Source of the DNA: Octopus sinensis | Taxonomy: Eukaryota | Assembly (NCBI RefSeq): GCF_006345805.1 | Contig: NC_043000.1 | Coordinates: 34,472,001 to 34,536,000 of the forward strand | DNA length: 64,000 nt | Direction: 5' to 3' | Shown: positions 55,570 to 64,000 of the stretch, one piece after another | Numbering within the stretch: position 1 is the stretch's first letter | Layout: every line of letters starts with the position of its first letter | The notes under the pieces: generated by a model | The model's database searches: none | What the model saw: only the letters and a program-made list of their open reading frames with translations | What the model was told of the DNA's origin: nothing | Made by a program: the position numbers and the translations under genes

Positions 55570-56100
55570 AATCTTCCACCGAGGAGGGAGCCGGTTTCCA
55601 ACAAAGATACAAGGCTCCATGAGACAAATTTACATTTGGAACTTGAGAAAAGTCTTGCATATTTTTACTGTTCCACTCACAGACTGCACTTGTAATGTAC
55701 GAGTCAGCCGGTCGATTTCTCTTTCTGAAAATCCCAGTTTATCCAGATTCTCTGTTAAGCATTCACTAACAAAGCCTTGTGCTCCAATTATTATTGGTAT
55801 GAATATGAATTCATAGTTTGGATATAGAATCTAGAGGTTTCGAAGCAGTTGTCAATAGATATCCTCTTTTTCTTTGATTTTCAAAGAGATGTTTATATTT
55901 GCAGGGCAGCTAACCTCTATGATGGTGCGTCCTTTTGCCCCTCTGTCCCAGACAACAATATCCGGCCTGTTATGTTTACATTTGACAGAAATTTTGATGG
56001 GAATATTCCACCAGTATTCCTTGAGTTGGTGTTTATGAATGTATTCCATAACAAAGAGATTTTCTATTTTATTTCAGGACAGTCTTTATTTTTTGCGGAT
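55570..56100 (-). mobile_element. R4/Dong-type RLE 3' end
   Basis: EYWWNIPIKISVKCKHNRPDIVVWDR...IIEVSCPANINI...KEDIY. Confidence 0.85.
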
Positions 56101-56674
56101 TACATTGTAAATTGTTTTAGCAACAACATCGTAGTCGAGGGTATTCAGCTCACGATCGTAGGTTTGTAAGTTCGATTCACAGTGGTTATCTTGTGTCCTT
56201 GAGCAAGACACTTTATTTCGCATTGCTCCAGTCCACTCAGCTGGCAAAATTGAGTTTTACCTGTATTTTAAGTGACCAGCCTTGTCACATTCTGTGTCAC
56301 GCTGAATCTCCCCAAGAACTACGTTAAGGGTTCGCGTGTCTGTGGAGTACTCAGCCACTTGCACGTTCCTTTGATCGGACCAACAGGAACGCTCGTCGTT
56401 GTGACCGACGGAGTGCCAATTTCAGTTGTATGTAAGTTGTAATAATGAACTCAAACCAGCGATATTTACAACTTCTACAACTAGATGTCAGCACACACTC
56501 GCCGGTCCGGCAGACTCCACTTATGCGGATAGTCTAACAACTATTTGGAGTAATTTGTTACATTTAACTCGAGTCAAAAATTCTGATGACGTGGACCAGG
56601 AACTAAACATAATTTGTTCACAGATTTTCGTTTGTTATTATATACATTTGAATAATTTATGGAGTTTATATCTG

Positions 56675-57021
56675 AGAGTAGAATAAAACAAGTAAACTCT
56701 TTACTTAATTACATAATATTTACACGTGCAACTACTATGTTATGCGGTATTGCCGCATGGACCATTAATCAGTTTAGAACATGAGATCTTCAGAAGTAAT
56801 CAGTAATTTAATCCATTGCTGATTGACTCTGCTAACCAATTATGGTTGGTAATCAACAATGGATTAGTTTACTATTTTCTTCTGAAGATTTGGTGTTCTA
56901 AAGTGATTAAGCTATGTAACGATTACCGCATAACATACGTTCGAGAAACACGTGTAAAGACTATATCATTTACGATGACATAAGAAAAAGTTGAACTGAA
57001 TTTCTTGTTTTATTCTGCTCT
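56675..57021. repeat. Long imperfect palindrome (foldback/MITE-like)
   Basis: Nested arm pairs agagtagaataaaacaag, tttacacgtg, tatgttatgcggta, ttaatcagtttagaaca, atcttcagaag, taatccattg. Confidence 0.82.
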
Positions 57022-57686
57022 GGTATATACATCTATATCTGCCTGCCTGCCAGTCTGTCTGTCTGTATATATATATATATATATATATAAAGAAAGCAGA
57101 GTTAGCTATTAGAGTAACCGACTAAGGGATAAAAATATCCGTATTTACTATCGGTATCAGTTACCTGTGCTATCCCTGAACATGGGTATGCAGGTACGCT
57201 ATGCTCGTAGGGTACAGGTAACAACAGAATAAAGTTTATCAGGAATCAAATTTAAATAATCAGAAAAGGGAAAAAAACTTTTGATCAATGCAACTCGGTG
57301 CTTACGAAAGAATTTCGAAAATATTATTCGTCACCTTCATAGGACATTCGATCTGGTACATGGAGCTTCATCAGAGTAAATACAAATGCGTAAAATAAAA
57401 TAAACGAAGGGAAGAGAGAATAGGAAGGAACGTAGCCCTAAGAAGAGGCCAGGTAGCTCAATATATTAAAATCATACCATCTTCCAACATGGAGCAATGA
57501 AGTCGATAGACGAAAGAGTGATCTAGCAGTGGTCTAGATAGAATGTCCTCTGAAGATAACATTCCGAAATTCTTTCGTAAGCGCCAACTGGTATTGGAAG
57601 CGGAAACGGCCGTAAGAAATGTTATGTCATGTTTTGTATTAAAAAATAATCTACAGATGTGGTCCATTTTCTGATTATTTAAACTT

Positions 57687-57704
<18 letters not shown>

Positions 57705-57719
<15 letters not shown>

Positions 57720-57739
57720 TATGTGTGTGTGTGTGTAAG

Positions 57740-57790
<51 letters not shown>

Positions 57791-58161
57791 TGTGTGTGTG
57801 TGTGTGTGTAAGTGTGTATATATATATATATATATACATCAAAATGGAGCTGGTCCTCTGTGGATCACATCCCTACTTCTCAACATAGTCACCGTTTCTC
57901 TCAATAGCAATGTTCCACCTTCAAATGAGAGCATATATCCCTGCCAGTTGCTCAAAGAACGGTCAACAGAATTTTACGGGGCAGGGATATATGCTCTCAT
58001 TCGGAAGTGGAACATTACCATTGAGAGAAACGGTGGCAATGTTGAAAAGTAGGGATGTGATCCACAGACGACCAGCTTCATTTTGTTGTATGATACATGT
58101 TCCTATGTTGACAACTATACCTGTCCTAAACAAAATGGCATTACTTTTTGACTCACTCTCG

Positions 58162-58200
<39 letters not shown>

Positions 58201-58203
58201 AAG

Positions 58204-58268
<65 letters not shown>

Positions 58269-58620
58269 GTGTGTATATATATATATATATATACATCAAA
58301 ATGGAGCTGGTCCTCTGTGGATCACATCCCTACTTCTCAACATAGTCACCGTTTCTCTCAATAGCAATGTTCCACCTTCAAATGAGAGCATATATCCCTG
58401 CCAGTTGCTCAAAGAACGGTCAACAGAATTTTACGGGGCAGGGATATATGCTCTCATTCGGAAGTGGAACATTACCATTGAGAGAAACGGTGGCAATGTT
58501 GAAAAGTAGGGATGTGATCCACAGACGACCAGCTTCATTTTGTTGTATGATACATGTTCCTATGTTGACAACTATACCTGTCCTAAACAAAATGGCATTA
58601 CTTTTTGACTCACTCTCGTA
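57705..58620. repeat. Tandem duplication (~457-bp period) of a foldback mariner 3' end plus microsatellites
   Basis: 57834-58163 is identical by eye to 58291-58620. FYGAGIYALIRKWN...VEK. Internal inverted repeat with ~105-bp arms. Confidence 0.88.
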
Positions 58621-58669
58621 TATATATATATATATATATATATACAGACAGACAGACAGACAGACAGAC

Positions 58670-58714
<45 letters not shown>

Positions 58715-58785
58715 TGTGTGTATACAAGTTTGATGATGCAAACAGGAAAATTAGAACTCAAAGCATGGGTAAATATAAGTATACA

Positions 58786-58981
58786 TTTATTGATATTTAG
58801 TAGAAGCAACAGAGTGACTCAAGGGCTGAGAGTTGTTGTATGTTAGCACTTATAAAACTGGTCACACACCAAGGAGTTGTAAATTCACGACCCCTCAATT
58901 TGTAACCGGTTTCATAAGTGCTAACACACGAAAACTCTCGGCCCTTGAGTCACTCTGTTGCTTCTGCTAAATATTAATAAA
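58786..58981. repeat. Hairpin MITE-like element with ~80-bp arms
   Basis: tttattgatatttagtagaagcaacagagtgactcaagggc... pairs with ...gcccttgagtcactctgttgcttctgctaaatattaataaa. Confidence 0.85.
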
Positions 58982-61883
58982 TATACGCATGAATATATAT
59001 ATATATATATATGTGTATGTATGTATGATATACATCCATGTACACATGGAGTCAATGAGGCAGGGAGAGGAAAGAAAATGTAGAAGGCGGTGGATGGGTT
59101 GGTAAGTGAGTAGTGAAGCAGTGTGGAGCACTTGTCTACACTCACAGCAATGTATGGAGACCATCTGGGCAGCAGCGAGAAGAAGAAGAGAGTTTCTGCT
59201 TTTTTCCCCTTTCTTTTAGCTTTCATGTCTCCTGATCAGCAGAAATGCACCAAGAAACAAGAAGGCTGAAGGTAACAAAATCTTCCACCCTACGTCCCAA
59301 ATCTACCCTACTTCTATTCAGTACACACTACCTCATACCCACCCATGTAACACCCCTTTCAATATTAAAGAAAACATCTTTTCTTTCCATTATTTTCACT
59401 TCCTTCTTTTTGTTTACACACACACACACATGTATATACACTCATGCATGTGTGTATATACTTATGTGTATATAAGTGCAAGTGTGTATATATACATCTC
59501 ACACATACAGGTACACATCACATAAATATATACATCTGGGTATATAATATTATAAACAAATAAACCTTTAGAAAACATGTGTATCTATAGAATATAATGT
59601 GTGTGAGAGTGTGTTTATGATATAAACATATACGTGTGTAATACACATACGTCTGTTTGAGCTCTCATATATATATTACAGATCTCCGAACAGTATATAT
59701 ATACTCAGTGTGTGTGTGTATATATATATTTATATATAAAGAGAGAGAGAGACACACACAGCTATTTAAACACTCAGATATATGTAACAGATATTTTACA
59801 CATACACATTTATATGAATACGTGTGTATATACATACATACATATATATATACATAAATATATATACTTACACACATACATACATATATGTATGTATGCA
59901 TGCATATATAAACACACACACACACACACACACATTCCATCTCTGTTTCTTTCATTTATTTATTTTATCACCATTTTCATCCACTTTCTTTTTTATTTTT
60001 CTTCCCTAGTAAATTTATTTTCTTTTTTTCTGTTTATTTATTTATTCACTTTTCTTCTTTCAATAATTTTTATTTTCAATTTCTTTCTCTTCCTTCTCAT
60101 CTTTCATTCTTTATCTTCTTCCCTACAATATTTCGTATTTTCTTCTCTTTTTATATTTCATAATTTCTCAGTTTTTGTCGGTTCATCCAGTTCCAACTCC
60201 CTCCCTCCCACCCGTCTCTCTCCCACACATTTCTTCCTCTCCTTCCTTCATTCTCTCTTCTCTCAATCCAGCTCCCAATTCTGATCTTTCCCATTTTATG
60301 TCCCCTTTCCTATATTTATTCCCTTCATTTTCTATTTTTATTTCAACCCCACAAAATGAAGGGCTTCAACTATACCATCTCCCAGGGTTCCCCACCCTGG
60401 CTTAAAACAGTAGACTCTGCTGAAGGTCCCCAAAATATAGGTGATGGTTGTGGGTGGTGTTAAACTGGGGAGTGGGGTTATATCAACCCCTCTCCCCTTA
60501 TATTTCTCTCCAGACACCCAATGGAGGCCACCACCAATGGTGGCCAGGTGATGGAAGACTGACAGAGGTAGGGGTGGAGGTTTATTAAACTAGGACACAC
60601 AGACAGACACTTATTTCAATGGCTACATTCTCTGTTGTTTTCTCTTTTTTTCCTTCCCTCTGCAGTTCATCTTCTGTTTCTTTCTTTGATGTTTTCCCCT
60701 CTCAGCCAGCCTCCTCCCATCTATTTTCCACAGTTCTTCATTCATTCTGTTTAACTATATTTTTTTGTTCCATTCTCATAATAAAACCTGTTTGTTTTAA
60801 TAGAAAACCCTAACAACGCCCAAACAACCATTTGACCAGTGTCAAACCACACACTCATTCGCTCTTACCATTAAAAATACTTTTGCTCCTCTCAACAGAC
60901 TCACTCAACATAAACCCTCCCTAAAAATAATTCCAACAAGTATACCCCAACCCTTGGTTTGTCACACATCGCATTTCTTATTGGAGAGTTTGTCTAATTC
61001 TTCAAAATGTAATTAGATTTCCATCTTTCACCTCAAAATCTATCAACTCACAACCATATTGAATATTGACAATTAATCTCTCTCTCTCTTTCCTACATGT
61101 CAGTAGCCATGTAGCTCCTCTACAACAAGACCCTGCTCTTTCCTCATACCTTAACCCCCACTCCTCCCATCTGGGTCTGTTGTGAGCTACATGGTAACCT
61201 CAATATGGCTGGTGTCACAACACATAAAAAGCACCCAGTACACTCTGCAAAGTGGTTGGCATTAGGAAGGGCGTCCAGCCATGGTAACCATGCCAAAGAA
61301 GGCACTGGACCACAATGCAGTCATTGGCTCACTGGTTTCTTGTCAAACCATCCAACTCATGCCAGCATGGAATATGGATGTTAAATGATGATGATGGTGA
61401 TGATGATATATATATATATATATATATATATATCATTGCTGTTATGTTAAACTGTCGTATGTCCACATTTGATCAAATGTGTTTATCTCTATATTTATTT
61501 TTGCTTGGTCAAACTATCGTATCTTCAGCTGCTTCAGATGCCAAGATATCAAAAATTCTCAAAGTGTAGTATAACGGGTTTTGCTGTGGAACGGTGAACG
61601 GAGTGGTAGTGGGGAGGAATGAGTGTTGCTAGAGTGTGTGTGTGTATGGGGAAGAGATAGGGGAAGTGGGAGGAAACATCTCTAAGGATTGAGGGGAGGG
61701 GTGTAAGAGTTGGGGAGGCCACAGGTATACTAGCATTATGATAGTAAAGATACTTTTGACAGGGGAAGAAGACAGAAAGATGATGTGTTTGTGTAGGCTG
61801 CAGGAATGGAGTAGAGAGATAAAACAAGCATAATGCATGAGAAGGGATAATTTGGTGATCCAAGGAGTGGGGATGGCCACTGT

Positions 61884-61923
<40 letters not shown>

Positions 61924-62092
61924 GTTTATTTATGTCCCAGAACTAAGCAGTTTTATAGAGATTGATAAAATATGTATTGGACCTCAAAATGACTACTGGT
62001 GTTGATATGGTCAACTAAAACCCTTGAGGGAGTTGCTCCATCATGGCCACATAAAGAAAACAATAAAATACAATTTTGATTTTTAAAAATTG

Positions 62093-62098
62093 TTTATT
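62093..62098 (-). terminator. Candidate polyadenylation signal (AATAAA) for SAMTOR; alternative at 62646-62651
   Basis: AATAAA on the minus strand about 0.9 kb past the stop, followed by a U-rich downstream tract. Confidence 0.4.
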
Positions 62099-63012
62099 GA
62101 AAATAAAAATATTTCCAGCTAAACTTAAATATTTCTTTTTCTTCTCAAAACAATATATTGGTGATTGAGTATGAGATCAATAGAGGGGGGATTAGCAATT
62201 AGCAATCAGTAGGGATGGATTATTAATTAGTAATCAGATTACTAGTTAATCAGTAATTAATGTAGATGGATTACTAATAAGTAATTAAGGTAGATTATTA
62301 ATTATTAATTATATATTGATAATTAATCAGTAATCAATATATACTGACAACTAATTAGTTATTAATTAGTAATTAATAAAGGTAGATCACTAATCAGTAA
62401 TCAATATTCATTACTTATTAGTAATCAATATTGGTAGATTCTTAACTGAGAAAATATTTCCCTCTCCAGACAAAAGAGTTCCTCCCTTGAAAGTTGCACA
62501 GATTTGTTGTTGCTGTTGTTGTTAGTTTGAGTCTGTTGTTTCCACATCAGTGAACAACCGATGGACAGCGATTAACTAAAAAGTCAGCCACAATTAGCTT
62601 TTAAAGTTTTCAATTAATTTAAGTATATGAAGCCCCAACCCTTTTTTTATTTGCCCTATGTTGCAGAGTTATCAGGAGGATTTAAAAGATATGGGGTTTA
62701 ACCTACTGGACATCACATGGGATTCGATTCAGATATTTTTAAAGCCAATATTTTACTTGCTTCAGTGAGATTTGGTGGACAATAGATTCCACACCTCTTT
62801 TAAGAATGGTTTAGCAGACTCTGGGATTATAATGGAATAAAAACATGAGCCACTATCTGGTAAAGATAGAAATTTTCAAAAAGCATTCCATCCATTCTAG
62901 TTTGGACAAAATGGATGCAAAACAGTTACAAAAAAAAAATGAAAATTAAGTAATTAATAAAAGAATAAAAAAATCACAGCATCAGGAAATTGATTAATTA
63001 ACCGAAGACTTT

Positions 63013-63591
63013 TCAAGGGCTGTCTTCTTCATCAGAAAATTCATTGGGTAATTCGCTCCTGGTTCTTTCAAAAAATTCTTTGTTATCAACATCGAAAATA
63101 CTTTGTATGAGGTTGTCTTGGAAGTCTGATTCCCTGTCGTTTGAATCTTGTGGAATGTACATCATGTCAGGGTAAATATCACCTGCAATCAAACTTATTT
63201 CGTCCTGCATGTTATAAAGCTTGCGGAAGGCCATGCAGTGCAGGTGCTCCAGTTTTGTGTAATGCCATCGACTGAAACCCATCGCTTCGATTGCTTTCTT
63301 CCAACTCTTCATCATGTGGGCATTTCTATGTTGCTGATGAGAATCTGGTGAAACAATTAACAGCAGACCGTCAATCATGAGCAGCTTGTGGGCCTTGAGA
63401 CAGCAAAGCCAGCGTTGGTACGGAGATGGGAAATATTCCAGTAATAAAGAGAAGACAACCACATGGAAGGAACATTGAGGAAGTTTCTGGACAGGGCTCT
63501 TCAGGTTGTTTAAAAGGGTTTCTAGTGTGTCAGGTGCCACTTGCAGAGGTTCCTGGGTCTCTAAGTGGAGGAAATCACATCGATAAACACT
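63013..63591 (-). CDS. SAMTOR: Last coding exon of SAM sensor upstream of mTORC1 / BMT2 homolog (C7orf60-like), 192 aa + stop, phase 0
   Basis: Translation SVYRCDFLHLE...FHVVVFSLLLEYFPSPYQRWLCCLKAHKLL...PDSHQQHRNAHMMKSWKKAIEAMGF...MAFRK...MMYIPQD matches the recalled C-terminal half of metazoan SAMTOR. Preceded on the minus strand by a polypyrimidine tract and acceptor (tctctttctcttttttcag|AGTGTT). ORF extension to 63717 is intronic. Confidence 0.93.
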   Translation of the reverse strand, partial: SVYRCDFLHLETQEPLQVAPDTLETLLNNLKSPVQKLPQCSFHVVVFSLLLEYFPSPYQRWLCCLKAHKLLMIDGLLLIVSPDSHQQHRNAHMMKSWKKAIEAMGFSRWHYTKLEHLHCMAFRKLYNMQDEISLIAGDIYPDMMYIPQDSNDRESDFQDNLIQSIFDVDNKEFFERTRSELPNEFSDEEDSP

Positions 63592-64000
63592 CTGAAAAAA
63601 GAGAAAGAGACAGTAAAATATATGCAGACTTAACATGTGCGTGTGCATGTGCATGTGCGTGTGTGTGTGTGTGCATATACATCTGTTACTTGTTAGTAAG
63701 ACAGATATGTGCTCCACAGAGCATAATGAATAGCAGCAATGTATTTTTCACCAAAGTGCTCAACAAATGTTCTGATACATTATGAATAATTTGGGGCTAT
63801 GCCCTTAATATTGTGCCAAGAATAAACTGAATGAATCAATTTATGACAGGCAATATAAAGGAACCTTACTGCAGTTAACCCCTCCCTACAACATAAGAAC
63901 TGTATCTCTCTCATGAGGTGGTGTATGAAAGACAAAATCTCAGTGTGACCAATAGGACATGTCTGTCTGGTCACATGGGGTTTCATATAAAATCCATGGA

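Noticed and set aside
56575-56620. CTGATGA...taaacataattt hammerhead-like string
   Set aside because: No credible stem II and GAAA is absent
63592-63717. N-terminal extension of the 234-aa ORF
   Set aside because: Lies upstream of a clear splice acceptor and contains CA repeats, so it is intronic

Overview
AT-rich, repeat-saturated eukaryotic genomic DNA, most likely an octopus or other coleoid cephalopod (inferred from the SINE families and microsatellite load). Most ORF-track entries are translations of (TA)n/(CA)n/(TATG)n/(GATA)n/(ATT)n repeats. The only host coding sequence I can support is the last exon of SAMTOR/BMT2 (minus strand, 63013-63591). The rest is a mosaic of decayed CR1-type, L1/Tx1-type and R4/Dong-type LINEs, mariner/Tc1 remnants, four tRNA-derived SINE families, two non-autonomous Helitrons, foldback/MITE hairpins, a 28S rRNA fragment and a 100-N gap. 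The main hidden signal is about ten type-I hammerhead ribozyme (HHR) motifs, plus decayed ones, from at least five sequence families. They sit in short non-coding elements inserted into (TA)n microsatellites, as tandem or partial-tandem retrozyme-like units and as pLTR-like ends downstream of Penelope GIY-YIG remnants. The best case is a 363-nt-period element whose HHR has a compensatory U3-A8 core. All calls were made by eye and none were tested computationally or experimentally.
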